NCBI GenBank assembly: GCA_964590195.1
Contig: CAZPWJ010000011.1
Coordinates: 5,835 to 69,834 of the forward strand
DNA: 64,000 bases
Reading direction: 5' to 3'
Origin: an uncultured Rhodospirillaceae bacterium
Lineage (GTDB): Bacteria > Pseudomonadota > Alphaproteobacteria > GCA-2731375
The translations under genes were made by a program, and so were the position numbers. Shown one piece after another: positions 28,273 through 38,148 of this stretch. The first letter of the stretch is position 1. Each line of letters opens with the position of its first letter. Under the pieces are notes generated by a model. That model made no database searches. It was given only the letters and a program-made list of their open reading frames with translations, and had not been told where the DNA came from.

Positions 28273-29040
28273 GTGAGATCGCGCATATACGTCTGTCTTT
28301 GCGCGATCGCCCTGCTGCTGACAGCCATCCCCGCGCGGTCGCAGACCGTCGATATCCTGGCCGCCGCCTCGACGACGGAGGCGGTGACCGCCCTGGCGGC
28401 GGCCATACGTCGGGATCAAGGCCTGACCCTGCGGCCAACCTTCGCCGCTTCCTCGACCCTGGCCAAACATATTGCCGCCGGGGCGCCGGCGCATTTGTTT
28501 CTCTCGGCCAATCTGGACTGGACGGCCTATCTCGAAGAACGCGGTCTGATTGCCAGGGACGGCCAGGTTAACCTGCTGGGCAATCGCCTGGTGCTGCTGG
28601 GCCGCGATAACAATGCAATCGACCTGAGCGATCTTGATGCTCTGCCGCGTGCCTTGGGGGCCGAGCATTTGATCATGGGCGATCCGGAACATGTGCCGGC
28701 CGGCCGTTATGGCCGCCAGGCCATGCGGCATCTGAAACTCTGGCCAGCGGTGCAGGCACGTACTGTCTATGGCGCCTCAGTCCGCAACGCCCTGGCGCTG
28801 TTGGTGCGCGGCCAAGGCCGCTATGCCATCGCCTACGCAAGCGATGGCCGGGTCTACGACAACCTGCATCAGGCGGCGGTCTTTCCCAAAGGCAGCCATG
28901 ATGCGATCCGATACCCCTTGGCGCTGGTGCGGGAGAACGACAGCCCCCTCGCCCGTAAGGCTTTTCTCTATCTCCAGAGCGGCGCGGCGAAAGCGGTCTT
29001 CGAACAATTTGGCTTTACCTTTCTGCCCAAGCCCCGGTAA
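28273..29040 (+). CDS. modA: molybdate ABC transporter substrate-binding protein
   Basis: GTG start at 28273, then a signal peptide. It has ILAAASTTEA...FAASSTLAKHI..GAPA.LFLSAN and sits upstream of modB and modC. Confidence 0.85.
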   Translation: MRSRIYVCLCAIALLLTAIPARSQTVDILAAASTTEAVTALAAAIRRDQGLTLRPTFAASSTLAKHIAAGAPAHLFLSANLDWTAYLEERGLIARDGQVNLLGNRLVLLGRDNNAIDLSDLDALPRALGAEHLIMGDPEHVPAGRYGRQAMRHLKLWPAVQARTVYGASVRNALALLVRGQGRYAIAYASDGRVYDNLHQAAVFPKGSHDAIRYPLALVRENDSPLARKAFLYLQSGAAKAVFEQFGFTFLPKPR

Positions 29041-29050
29041 GAGCTAGAGG

Positions 29051-29740
29051 ATGCTAAGTCCGCTTGAAATCGAGGCGCTGTCTTTGTCACTGAAAGTGGC
29101 GCTGTGGGCCGTGGCCTGCAGCCTGCCCCTAGGCATCAGTGTGGCCTGGCTTTTGGCGCGGCGGGAGTTTCCGGGTAAGGCCTTGCTGGACGGCATCGTA
29201 CATCTGCCCCTGGTATTGCCCCCCGTCGCCCTGGGCTATGTATTGTTGGTGCTGTTCGGGCGCACCGGTCCAGTGGGGGCGTGGCTGCATGACTGGTTCG
29301 GCATCAATATGGTGTTCTCATGGCGCGGCGCGGCCCTGGCCGCCGCCGTCATGGCCTTCCCCCTGCTGGTTCGCGCCGTTCGCCTGTCCATGGAGGCGGT
29401 GGACCGCCGCCTAGAGACCGCCGCGCAAACCCTGGGCGCCAAACCGGGCCGGGTCTTCCTCACCATCACCCTGCCCTTGACCGCGCCCGGCATCTTGACC
29501 GGCGTTCTACTGTCATTCATCCGCTGCCTTGGAGAATTCGGCGCCACCATAACCTTCGCCGCCAACGTGCCCGGCGAAACCCGCACCCTGCCCCTGGCGC
29601 TATACACCGCCCTGCAAATACCGGGCGGCGAGGCCGCCGCCACCCGTCTGGCATTGATTTCCGTCACCCTGGCCATCATTGCCCTGGTGGCCTCGCAATA
29701 CCTGGCCCGGCAGGTGTCCAAGCGGATCGGGTTGTCGTGA
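29051..29740 (+). CDS. modB: molybdate ABC transporter permease
   Basis: 229 aa. CysTW/ModB-type permease with an EAA loop (ETAAQTLGA...ITLPL). Confidence 0.9.
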   Translation: MLSPLEIEALSLSLKVALWAVACSLPLGISVAWLLARREFPGKALLDGIVHLPLVLPPVALGYVLLVLFGRTGPVGAWLHDWFGINMVFSWRGAALAAAVMAFPLLVRAVRLSMEAVDRRLETAAQTLGAKPGRVFLTITLPLTAPGILTGVLLSFIRCLGEFGATITFAANVPGETRTLPLALYTALQIPGGEAAATRLALISVTLAIIALVASQYLARQVSKRIGLS

Positions 29741-30831
29741 TGCTGAACGTGGATCTGCATGCCGCGGTTGGCGATTTCGAGATCAAGGCGGCCTTTCAGG
29801 CCGAGGCCGGGATTACCGCCCTGTTCGGCCCCTCGGGCGCCGGCAAGACCTCCCTGGTCAATATGCTTGCCGGATTAGAACGCCCCAGCCAGGGCCGCAT
29901 CGAGGTGCGGGAGCAGGTACTGTTCGACAGCGGACAGGGCATCGACCTGCCGCCTGAACAACGGCGCCTGGGCTATGTCTTTCAGGAAAGCCGCCTGTTC
30001 CCCCATATGAGCGTGGCCGGCAATCTGTCCTATGGCCGCACACTGGTGCCCAAGGGCGTTGCCCTGGTCGACTATGACGCGGTGGTGGATTTGCTGGCGC
30101 TGCGCCCCCTGCTGTCACGCCGGCCCACGACCCTGTCGGGCGGCGAACGTCAACGGGTGGCCATTGGCCGCGCCATACTGGCCGCGCCCCGATTGCTGCT
30201 GATGGACGAACCGCTGGCCAATCTGGATGGGCCGCGCCGGGCCGAGATATTGCCGTTCATCGAAAACCTGCGGCGTGAATTCGATATCTCCATTGTCTAT
30301 GTCTCGCACAACATGGATGAAATTGTGCGCCTGGCCGACCAATTGATCGTCATGGCGGACGGGGCCATCGCCGCCCAGGGCCCGGTGGATGAAATCACCG
30401 CCCGGCTTGACCTGCGCCACCTGACCGGACGCTGGGATGCGGGCGCGGTCTTGAGTACGACGGTGGCGGAGCAGGACGATACCGACAAATTGACGCGGCT
30501 GTCCTTTCCCGGCGGCGATCTGTGGCTGCCGCAACTGGATCTTGGCCTGGGCAGCCCGCTGCGTATCCGCGTGCATGCCCGCGACGTCAGCCTGGCACTG
30601 GCACCACCCGAACAGGTCAGTGTCCTGAATGTCTTCGCCGGCGAAGTGATCGAGGTGGGCGCGGACGACGGCCCGCAGGTCGATGTCCTGATTGCCATTG
30701 GCGGCCCGCAGCAATCGCATCTCTGGGCCCGCATCACCAAGCGCTCGCAGCGGGAATTGAACATCATACCGGGCCGCAAGGTGCACGCCATGATCAAGGC
30801 CATGGCGGTGGACCGTGGCGGTCTGGACTAA
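29740..30831 (+). CDS. modC: molybdate ABC transporter ATP-binding protein with C-terminal TOBE/Mop domain
   Basis: The ATG at 29740 overlaps the modB stop (GTGATG). Walker A GPSGAGKTS, LSGGERQRVAIGR, LMDEPLANLD, and a C-terminal TOBE-like region. Confidence 0.9.
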   Translation: MLNVDLHAAVGDFEIKAAFQAEAGITALFGPSGAGKTSLVNMLAGLERPSQGRIEVREQVLFDSGQGIDLPPEQRRLGYVFQESRLFPHMSVAGNLSYGRTLVPKGVALVDYDAVVDLLALRPLLSRRPTTLSGGERQRVAIGRAILAAPRLLLMDEPLANLDGPRRAEILPFIENLRREFDISIVYVSHNMDEIVRLADQLIVMADGAIAAQGPVDEITARLDLRHLTGRWDAGAVLSTTVAEQDDTDKLTRLSFPGGDLWLPQLDLGLGSPLRIRVHARDVSLALAPPEQVSVLNVFAGEVIEVGADDGPQVDVLIAIGGPQQSHLWARITKRSQRELNIIPGRKVHAMIKAMAVDRGGLD

Positions 30832-30852
30832 AAAGGCTTCCAGGCCTGAAAT

Positions 30853-31440
30853 ATGCAAAACACCATCTATCGGACAGCCATCTTTAGGCACATATTCTTC
30901 GCCCTCTCATGGCTCGGGCTGAGACTGGCTGGCTGGAGGATCGCGGGCCAAGCGCCAAAGGAACAGAAATACGTGCTAATCGCCGCGCCGCATACCAGCA
31001 ACTGGGATTTCGCCTTGATGGTGGCGATGGCCTTTGTTCTCGACTTCGAAATTTTCTGGATGGGCAAGGATGCGCTATTCAAGGGTCCGGCGGGGCCGGT
31101 GATGCGCTGGTTCGGCGGCATTCCCATTGATCGCAGCAAGGCAAACAATATCGTTCAGGCAACGATTGACGCCTTCAACGAACGTGACCGCCTGATCGTG
31201 ATTATTCCGCCCGAAGGGACACGGTCAAAAGTCGATGCTTGGAAATCGGGCTTCTATCATATCGCCCACGGCGCCGGCGTACCGATCGCCCTTGGATATT
31301 TGGATTTCAGCCGCAAGGTCGGCGGCTTCGGCCCGATCTTCTACCCGACGGGAAACCATGACAGGGACCTCGCCGAAATTCAGTCCTTCTATAAGGATAT
31401 CAAAGGCAAGCATCCCGAGAACGCCGCCACGCTCAACTAA
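30853..31440 (+). CDS. lysophospholipid/1-acyl-glycerol-3-phosphate acyltransferase family protein
   Basis: 195 aa. HX4D motif (PHTSNWD) and PEGTRS block of the PlsC family. Confidence 0.75.
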   Translation: MQNTIYRTAIFRHIFFALSWLGLRLAGWRIAGQAPKEQKYVLIAAPHTSNWDFALMVAMAFVLDFEIFWMGKDALFKGPAGPVMRWFGGIPIDRSKANNIVQATIDAFNERDRLIVIIPPEGTRSKVDAWKSGFYHIAHGAGVPIALGYLDFSRKVGGFGPIFYPTGNHDRDLAEIQSFYKDIKGKHPENAATLN

Positions 31441-31694
31441 TTTTTGGCCGGATCCGCGATCTTTGGCCGCTCGGCGACCCCGTCCGGCACCTGGACTGAG
31501 CGGGATGATTGATTGTCGTAAATAAACGCCGGTACCGCGCCGATGATCAGGGCAATGACGATCAGGCCCGGCCAATGAAATTCGTCTACGCCACAACGCC
31601 TGCGCCGACGCACGCATTTTGCCAGATACACCGCCACCACGACCGCCAGGGCCGCCAACAGCCAAACCACAAGGAACGTAATCATGGCCGGCAC
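31437..31694 (-). CDS. hypothetical small membrane protein
   Basis: 85 aa with two hydrophobic helices separated by an Arg-rich loop. No homology recognised. It converges on the acyltransferase gene with a 4-nt overlap. Confidence 0.4.
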   Translation of the reverse strand: MPAMITFLVVWLLAALAVVVAVYLAKCVRRRRRCGVDEFHWPGLIVIALIIGAVPAFIYDNQSSRSVQVPDGVAERPKIADPAKN

Positions 31695-31710
31695 GCTAGC
31701 AGATAGCCGC

Positions 31711-32493
31711 CTATAAATCGATGCCGTTGAGAAATTCCGAACGCTGCTTGGCCGCCGCCATCAGGAACGACAGGTCGCTGCCGCCCAACACAAAGCGGGC
31801 ACCCATCTTGATGTATCTCTCCATCAGGCCGCTATAGATGCCGCCCATGCCCGGATGCTTGCCATTGTTGCGGCAGGCCGAAATCATGGCGTCATAGGCG
31901 GCGACCACATCGTCGTGATCATACTGGCCGGGGATACCCATTTCGGCGCAGAGATCATTGGTGCCGATCAACAAGACATCGACGCCTTCGACGGCGGCAA
32001 TCTCGTCCGCGTTGGCAATGGCCTTGGGGCTTTCCAGCATCACGGTAACCAGCAAATTCTCGTTAATCACCTTGGCCGCTTCGGCCATGGGAAGGGCCTC
32101 ATATTCCAGGATCGCCGCGCCGCCCGCCAGCGAACGATGACCGATCGGCGGGTAGAGGCATTGGTTGACGACCTGGCGGGCTTCGTCCGCATCTTCAATA
32201 TGGGGCACCACGATACCCTGGGCGCCGGCATCCAGGGGCCGGCTGGCATGATGGTGTAGATGCGACGATGCCCGGACAATCGGCGTGCAACCGGCATCCA
32301 GGCCGGCCACGGTGATATCCGCCACGGTCTCCAGTGACAGGGGGCTGTGTTCCATATCGATGAACAGCCAATCGAAACCGCAGACCTTGGCCACCTTGGC
32401 GATCTCAACACCGCGCGCCAGGCGCACGCCCAAACCCATGGCGATTTCGCCCGCCGCCAGCTTTTCCTTGGCAATATTCTTGATGATGGCCAT
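31711..32493 (-). CDS. HpcH/HpaI family class II aldolase
   Basis: I started at ATG 32493 (MAIIKNIAKEKL). WLFIDMEHSPL and VMLESP are typical of 2-keto-3-deoxy-acid aldolases. Confidence 0.85.
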   Translation of the reverse strand: MAIIKNIAKEKLAAGEIAMGLGVRLARGVEIAKVAKVCGFDWLFIDMEHSPLSLETVADITVAGLDAGCTPIVRASSHLHHHASRPLDAGAQGIVVPHIEDADEARQVVNQCLYPPIGHRSLAGGAAILEYEALPMAEAAKVINENLLVTVMLESPKAIANADEIAAVEGVDVLLIGTNDLCAEMGIPGQYDHDDVVAAYDAMISACRNNGKHPGMGGIYSGLMERYIKMGARFVLGGSDLSFLMAAAKQRSEFLNGIDL

Positions 32494-32510
32494 GACGCAG
32501 TTCTTCCCTG

Positions 32511-33344
32511 TTAAACCGTTGCTACAAATCGTTCCCGGCAGGTGCTGATGACCTCCTCGCCCGGACGCTTCCACCAATTCTGGGCGGAAAAAATTTCAAC
32601 TTCAATCAAACCATCATAGCCTGTCCCATCGACCCAGTCGCGGATTTGTCGAATATCGATAACCCCGTCGCCCATCATGCCACGGTCCAGCAGCAGATCC
32701 GTGGTCGGCACCAGCCAATCACAGACATGAAAGGCCAAGGTTCGATCCCCGGCCCGCTGGATTTGGGCCTGAAGATCGGGATCCCACCACAAATGATAAA
32801 CATCAATGGCCACGCCCAGATCGATACCAGAGCCTTCATCCAGCTGGTCACACAAATCCAGAGCCTGACCGATCGTATTGATGGAACAGCGATCAGCCGC
32901 ATACATTGGATGCAACGGTTCGATCGCCAGGGGCACGCCGGCGGCGCGGGCATGGGGCAGAATGGCGCCCAGACCATCGCGGATCATCTCCCGCGTACCC
33001 GCCAGATCCTTCGAGCCTTCCGGCATGCCGCCGCAGACGAGCACCAGACAATCGGCACCTAGCGCCGCTGCTTCGTCGATAGCGACCAGATTATCGTCGA
33101 TATTGGCTTGCCGGGCGGCCGCATCGGGGCCGGGAAACATGCCGCCCCGGCACAAGCCTGATACTTGCAGGCCGCTGTCGGCAAGCATGCGGATCGCCTC
33201 GTCCAGGCCGCATTCCGCCAGCTTGTCGCGCCAGATAGAGACCCCCGCCACGTCGGCGGCAGAATAGGCGGCGATCGCCTCTGCCAGACTGTACTGCGCT
33301 TGCGTCGTGGCCTGATTGATGGACAGGCGTGCCAGATCAGCCAT
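32511..33344 (-). CDS. sugar phosphate isomerase/epimerase (xylose-isomerase-like TIM barrel)
   Basis: 277 aa. The pattern of a TIM-barrel AP-endonuclease-2/IolE-like protein (LAIEPLHP, FHVCD). Its start overlaps the end of the upstream gene (33337-33344). Confidence 0.8.
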   Translation of the reverse strand: MADLARLSINQATTQAQYSLAEAIAAYSAADVAGVSIWRDKLAECGLDEAIRMLADSGLQVSGLCRGGMFPGPDAAARQANIDDNLVAIDEAAALGADCLVLVCGGMPEGSKDLAGTREMIRDGLGAILPHARAAGVPLAIEPLHPMYAADRCSINTIGQALDLCDQLDEGSGIDLGVAIDVYHLWWDPDLQAQIQRAGDRTLAFHVCDWLVPTTDLLLDRGMMGDGVIDIRQIRDWVDGTGYDGLIEVEIFSAQNWWKRPGEEVISTCRERFVATV

Positions 33345-34731
33345 GGCTCAGTTCGCGCATGACGGAAAAATCCGGCTCCGCGCCATAGGCAAAACCGACA
33401 CGGTCCAGGGAGCCGATGGCAATCCGGCCATCCTTGATGCCAAGCCGCGTCACGCCATCGCCCCGATGATAGATATCAGGGTGCGCCGCCAGGAACGCCG
33501 CCTGTTCGGCCTCGGGTACACCGGCCATGCCGTTGACATAGTGGTGACCGTTGCGTTCCACATGGGTGATGCCCAGCAGATTGACCAGGGCCAGGTCCTG
33601 TTGCACGGACAGGCCGGCCTGGGTCGTCAGATCCTCCGCCGACATGAAATAGCCCTCCCCCCAATTGGCACAGCGGGCCGCGTTCAATATCGATTTATAA
33701 AGCCCCTTGCAGGTCTTCGACGACACCCCGCGATAACCCAGCTCCCGCCCCCTGGGAAAGGCCCCGAGAAAGGCATCCGACTCATCGAGAATAACCGGCT
33801 TGCGGGCGGACAGGGCGGAGACATCCACGTCCAGGGCCATGGCACGGGAAATCGGCTGCTCCACGAACAGGATGGATTTGTTAAAACGCGCCAACTGTTC
33901 ATCGCCTTCGATGGCATCCATCAGGGCGGTAACACCGGCGACGTCGTTGTATTGTTCGTTGCCATCCAGCGAGATGATGTAGTCATCCGGGCTCTCATCC
34001 AGCACGGCGGCGATGTCGCGCAGACGGTTCACATCCTCGTCCAGATCACCGCAGACCTTGATCTTGAAATAGCGATGGCCATAGGTGGCGATGACATCGA
34101 CCAGGGTCTCGGGCAGGCCATCGCCCACGGGCTCCGGATTTTCGCGGATCGGATCGACCATGCCCACCGTATGCCGGGCATGGATATGACCGGCAGGCTT
34201 CAGGCCGGCCAGAAACGGCTCGATCTCGAACTCATCACTCTCGATCCCCGGCAGGTTGCCCTGGACCGCCTGATAGAACGAGACCTCGTGCAGGCGGCAG
34301 AGGGCATCCAGGATGGCGCGGTCCAGGACCGCCGGGCCATAGCAGGCCACCAGCGAGCCATCGCCGCGCTCGCCGCAGGTACGAATCTGCTCATCGTAGT
34401 TGGCGCGAAACAGGCCGAACGCCGTCGATGCGGGAGCCGCGCGGTACAGGGTCGAGCCACTGTTCAGGGCATGGCGCAGCTGATCGAAATTGTCTTCGTT
34501 GCTGAGTTCCAGATTCTTGTCGAACCATTTCGGCGCCAGCATTTCCGCCGACAGGCCCCAGCCCTCCCGGCCATCGGCCAGTTGAATGCGCACGCGGGCG
34601 AAGACCTGCGGGCTTTCCCGCAAGGTGGTGACGCCAAAGCGGAAAGGCATGCGCAAGGTCACGTCCCGTTCGAACAATTGCACTTCCAGGACCGAAAGTT
34701 TGATGGGATCAGACACGCAAAGCCTCCTCAT
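33337..34731 (-). CDS. enolase-superfamily (MR/MLE-like) protein, unusually long
   Basis: Metal-ligand-like blocks LDGNEQY, VEQPI and LDESD. The start is uncertain: 34731, or 34755/34782 as in the ORF track. Confidence 0.7.
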   Translation of the reverse strand: MRRLCVSDPIKLSVLEVQLFERDVTLRMPFRFGVTTLRESPQVFARVRIQLADGREGWGLSAEMLAPKWFDKNLELSNEDNFDQLRHALNSGSTLYRAAPASTAFGLFRANYDEQIRTCGERGDGSLVACYGPAVLDRAILDALCRLHEVSFYQAVQGNLPGIESDEFEIEPFLAGLKPAGHIHARHTVGMVDPIRENPEPVGDGLPETLVDVIATYGHRYFKIKVCGDLDEDVNRLRDIAAVLDESPDDYIISLDGNEQYNDVAGVTALMDAIEGDEQLARFNKSILFVEQPISRAMALDVDVSALSARKPVILDESDAFLGAFPRGRELGYRGVSSKTCKGLYKSILNAARCANWGEGYFMSAEDLTTQAGLSVQQDLALVNLLGITHVERNGHHYVNGMAGVPEAEQAAFLAAHPDIYHRGDGVTRLGIKDGRIAIGSLDRVGFAYGAEPDFSVMRELSHG

Positions 34732-34785
34732 GGAAAAACCGCCCTCATTGTACATCGCCAGCAATCGAACAACAGCGGCCAAATC

Positions 34786-35811
34786 TCAAAGCGTTATTCT
34801 ACATTCCTGTTCGGCGGAACGGTGAATGGCATCCATCACCCTGGCCATGCCGACGCCACATTCCGCGACCCCCGCCAGAACCGGCGCCTTGCCGTCCACC
34901 GCATCCAGGAAAGCAGCAAATTCCTCCGCCACCACCTCGTGCGGCTCCACAATTGCAGCGTGGGGCAGCTCCACGCCGCGATTGTTGGGCCGCCACAAGC
35001 CGTCAATCAGCTCGTGGCGTACCCGATGCAGGCGTAATTCCGAGGTTTGATAGTCGATCTCCGCCGCACCTTCGCTGCCTGCGACAACGAACTCCTTGGT
35101 CTGGGTCGAACCGGGCACGATGTTGTCGTTCCAGCGGCCCGGCTGAATGCAGCCGACCTCGATATTGGCGATGGCGCCGGAGGGATAGAACAGGCGGATC
35201 AGGGCCAGATCATCATAGCCCCGGCCGAAATGGTCGCGGGTCACGGCATCCACCGCCACCGGCAAGGCGGACATCATCCAGTTCGCCTGATCGATGAAAT
35301 GCACGGCGTCATTGCCGACCACGCCGCTGTCGCCTCGGGCCCGCTTGAAGCCATGAAATCTGGCTGAGACATAGCGCAAATCACCCAAGGCGCCAGTATC
35401 CACCTCCCGCTTCGCATGCTGGGCCAATGGATGGGCACGGAAATAGAAACCAACCTGAACCGTCTGATCTCCGCACAGATCGGCCAGGCCCCGCGCCTCG
35501 GCCAGGGTCGCGGTCATGGGTTTTTCAATGAACAGATGTTTGCCCGCCTTCAAAAGCGGCTCGCAAACCTCGAAATGCCGGTCGGTCGGCGCCAACACGA
35601 CGACCAATTCCGCCCGCTCCAGAAATTCATCTGCCCGCGCGCCAACCCTATCGCCGGGCAAACCCAAATCGCGGCAGCGTTGCCGGGCCTCCGCGCCCGG
35701 ATCGACCACATGCAGGCCATCCGCCAGACCCAAAGCGCGCCAGGCGGCCAGATGGGTCGGGCCAAAATTGCCGAAGCCAATTTGCAGAATGTTACGGGCC
35801 GGTGACACCAT
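34786..35811 (-). CDS. Gfo/Idh/MocA family oxidoreductase
   Basis: 341 aa. N-terminal Rossmann block IGFGNFG and a LFIEKP block. Confidence 0.8.
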   Translation of the reverse strand: MVSPARNILQIGFGNFGPTHLAAWRALGLADGLHVVDPGAEARQRCRDLGLPGDRVGARADEFLERAELVVVLAPTDRHFEVCEPLLKAGKHLFIEKPMTATLAEARGLADLCGDQTVQVGFYFRAHPLAQHAKREVDTGALGDLRYVSARFHGFKRARGDSGVVGNDAVHFIDQANWMMSALPVAVDAVTRDHFGRGYDDLALIRLFYPSGAIANIEVGCIQPGRWNDNIVPGSTQTKEFVVAGSEGAAEIDYQTSELRLHRVRHELIDGLWRPNNRGVELPHAAIVEPHEVVAEEFAAFLDAVDGKAPVLAGVAECGVGMARVMDAIHRSAEQECRITL

Positions 35812-35825
35812 TTCAACGCCTGCCT

Positions 35826-36992
35826 CTATCCCTCCACCCCATGCATGGCCAGGGCCGTGCGCATGCGGGCCGTGGCCATGTCCGGGTCGCGCAGTAAACC
35901 CGCCGCGTCCGCCAGGCGGAACAGTTCGGCCAGATGCGCCAGCGAGCGGGCGCTTTGCTGGCCGCCGACCATGACGAAATGATCCTGATGGCCGTTCAGC
36001 CAGGCCATGAAGACCACGCCGGTTTTATAAAACCGCGTTGGCGCCCTGAAGATATGCCGCGACAAGGGCACCGTGGGCGCCAGGATATCATGAAAGGTCT
36101 GCTCATCTCCGGCGGCGAAGGCATCCAGGGCGGCGGAGGCCGCCGGCGCGATGGCATCGAATATGCCCAACAGGGCATCGCTATAGCCAACTTCATCGCC
36201 GGCGATCAATTCGGCGTAATTGAAGTCATCGCCTGTGTACATACGCACGCCCTCAGGCAGGCGCCGGCGCATGGAGATTTCCTTGTCCTTGTCCAGCAAG
36301 GAAATCTTGATGCCATCGATCTTGGCCGCGTTGGTTGCCAGCACGTCGAGACAGACATCCATCGCCGCCATGTGATCGCCGTGGCCCCAATAGCCTTCCA
36401 GGGCCGGGTCGAACATCTCCCCCAGCCAGTGGATCAGCACCGGTTCCTTTACCTGAGACAGGATTCGGTCATAGACCTTGGCATAGTCGTCCGGCGACTT
36501 GGCGCAGGCGGCAAGTGCTCGGCTGGCCATCAGGATGATGCGCCCGCCCTGCCCTTCCACGTAAGCCACCTGCTCTTCGTAAGCGCGGATCACGTCGTCC
36601 AGGCTCAGATCCGCTGACGGCGCCAGATGATCGGTTCCGGCGCCGCAGGCTATGCGCGCGCCGGGGATATCCTTGGCGGCTTCCAGACTGCGGCGGATCA
36701 ATTCCTGGGACGCGGCCCAATCCAGACCCATGCCCCGTTGCGCCGTATCCATGGCCTCGGCCACGCCCAGGCCCAGATCATACAGGCCCAGGCGATACTG
36801 AATGGTCGCATCCCAGTCGATCGCGGCATCGACCCAAGGATCGGCCTCGGAACGCGGATCGGCCACCACGTGGGCGGCTGAATAGGCGATACGGTTGAAG
36901 GGCCGGTTCGCGCGGGAGGGGAAATCCTTCGGCACGGAGGTCGTAAAAGGCGCCAGGCCGCCATCCCCGGTAGGCAGGTTCAGTGTCGGCAT
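35826..36992 (-). CDS. DUF993 family protein (DHDPS-like TIM barrel, function unknown)
   Basis: I started at ATG 36992 (MPTLNLPTGDG). NRIAYSAAHVVADP...IDWDATIQYR...GLGVAEAMDTAQRGMGLDW matches my memory of DUF993 proteins. The upstream extension in the ORF track overlaps the preceding gene. Confidence 0.7.
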   Translation of the reverse strand: MPTLNLPTGDGGLAPFTTSVPKDFPSRANRPFNRIAYSAAHVVADPRSEADPWVDAAIDWDATIQYRLGLYDLGLGVAEAMDTAQRGMGLDWAASQELIRRSLEAAKDIPGARIACGAGTDHLAPSADLSLDDVIRAYEEQVAYVEGQGGRIILMASRALAACAKSPDDYAKVYDRILSQVKEPVLIHWLGEMFDPALEGYWGHGDHMAAMDVCLDVLATNAAKIDGIKISLLDKDKEISMRRRLPEGVRMYTGDDFNYAELIAGDEVGYSDALLGIFDAIAPAASAALDAFAAGDEQTFHDILAPTVPLSRHIFRAPTRFYKTGVVFMAWLNGHQDHFVMVGGQQSARSLAHLAELFRLADAAGLLRDPDMATARMRTALAMHGVEG

Positions 36993-36994
36993 GG

Positions 36995-38146
36995 CTAGAC
37001 CTCCAGATCGGGGAGATCGATCCAGCGCCGCTCGGCCCAGCTTTGCAGGCCCGCCTCGGCCAGTTGCACGCCCTTGGCGCCTTCCAGCAGATTCCATTTG
37101 AAATCGCATTCGCCGTTCAGATGGCGGATGAACAATTCCCACTCCGCCTTGAAGGCGTTGTCGTAGGGCACTGTATCGGGAACTTCTTCCCATCCGTCCT
37201 TGTAATCGATCGCCGGCGGGATATCTGGGTTCCAGACCGGCATGGGCGTGTTAACCCGCGATTGGGTGCGGCAGCGGCGCAGACCGGCCACGGCGGAACC
37301 ATGGGTGCCATCCACATGCAGGGTCAACAGATCGTCCCGGCGTACACGGGTTACCCAGGAGGAATTGAACTGCACGATAATATCACCATCCAGCTGGAAC
37401 GTGGCGTAGGCCGCATCGTCCGTGTCGGGCTTGTACGCTTCATTGTTTTCATCCCAGCGCGTGGGAATATGGGTCGCGCCCAGGCAACTGACGGACTTCA
37501 CGGCGCCAAAGGTATTGTCCAGCAGATAGCGCCAATGGCACAGCATATCCAGGATGATGCCGCCGCCCTCGTCCTTGCGATAGTTCCAGGATGGGCGCTG
37601 GGCGGGCTGCAAATCGCCTTCGAAGACCCAATAGCCGAATTCGCCGCGCACCGAGAGGATGCGGCCAAAAAAGCCGGCATCGATCAGGTATTGCAATTTG
37701 CGGATACCGGGCAGGAACAGTTTGTCCTGCACCACGCCGTGTTTGACGCCGGCGGCCTTGGCCTTTTGATAGACCCCGTAGGCATCCGTCAAACTATCGG
37801 CGGTGGGTTTTTCGCAATAAATATCCTTGCCAGCTTCAATGGCCTTGCTCAGCAGACCGGCCCGCGCTTGCGTGGTGGCGGCATCAAAGAACAGGGTGTC
37901 TTCGTGATTGGCGATGGCGGCATCCAGATCATTGGTCCAGCGGCTGAGGCCGTGTTCCCGCGCCAGGGCGCCGACACGGCCCGCATCCCGTCCCACCAGG
38001 ATCGGATCCGGCATGACGCGGGTACCGTCGGCCAGCTCCAGGCCGCCGGCTTCCATGATTTCGAGGATCGAACGGATCAGGTGCTGGTTCTTGCCCATGC
38101 GCCCGGTGACGCCGTTCATGATGATACCAAGGCGTTTTTCACTCAT
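36995..38146 (-). CDS. Gfo/Idh/MocA family oxidoreductase
   Basis: 383 aa. GIIMNGVTGRMG Rossmann motif and the DIYCEKP block. Confidence 0.85.
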   Translation of the reverse strand: MSEKRLGIIMNGVTGRMGKNQHLIRSILEIMEAGGLELADGTRVMPDPILVGRDAGRVGALAREHGLSRWTNDLDAAIANHEDTLFFDAATTQARAGLLSKAIEAGKDIYCEKPTADSLTDAYGVYQKAKAAGVKHGVVQDKLFLPGIRKLQYLIDAGFFGRILSVRGEFGYWVFEGDLQPAQRPSWNYRKDEGGGIILDMLCHWRYLLDNTFGAVKSVSCLGATHIPTRWDENNEAYKPDTDDAAYATFQLDGDIIVQFNSSWVTRVRRDDLLTLHVDGTHGSAVAGLRRCRTQSRVNTPMPVWNPDIPPAIDYKDGWEEVPDTVPYDNAFKAEWELFIRHLNGECDFKWNLLEGAKGVQLAEAGLQSWAERRWIDLPDLEV

Positions 38147-38148
38147 AA

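Noticed and set aside
29320-29739. Upstream 140-codon extension of the modC ORF
   Set aside because: It overlaps modB in another frame. The ATG at 29740 gives the canonical ModC N-terminus and overlaps the modB stop, so the extension is not coding. Comparable N-terminal extensions were trimmed at 21089, 28168, 19513, 48038, 35826-37193, 31711-32577 and 4735-5529.
33316-35037. 573-aa plus-strand ORF, the longest unexplained ORF in the track
   Set aside because: It lies entirely antisense to the enolase-superfamily and Gfo/Idh/MocA genes, which carry recognisable motifs. Its translation is Arg/Gly/Ala/Gln-rich low-complexity sequence, typical of the reverse frame of high-GC coding DNA.
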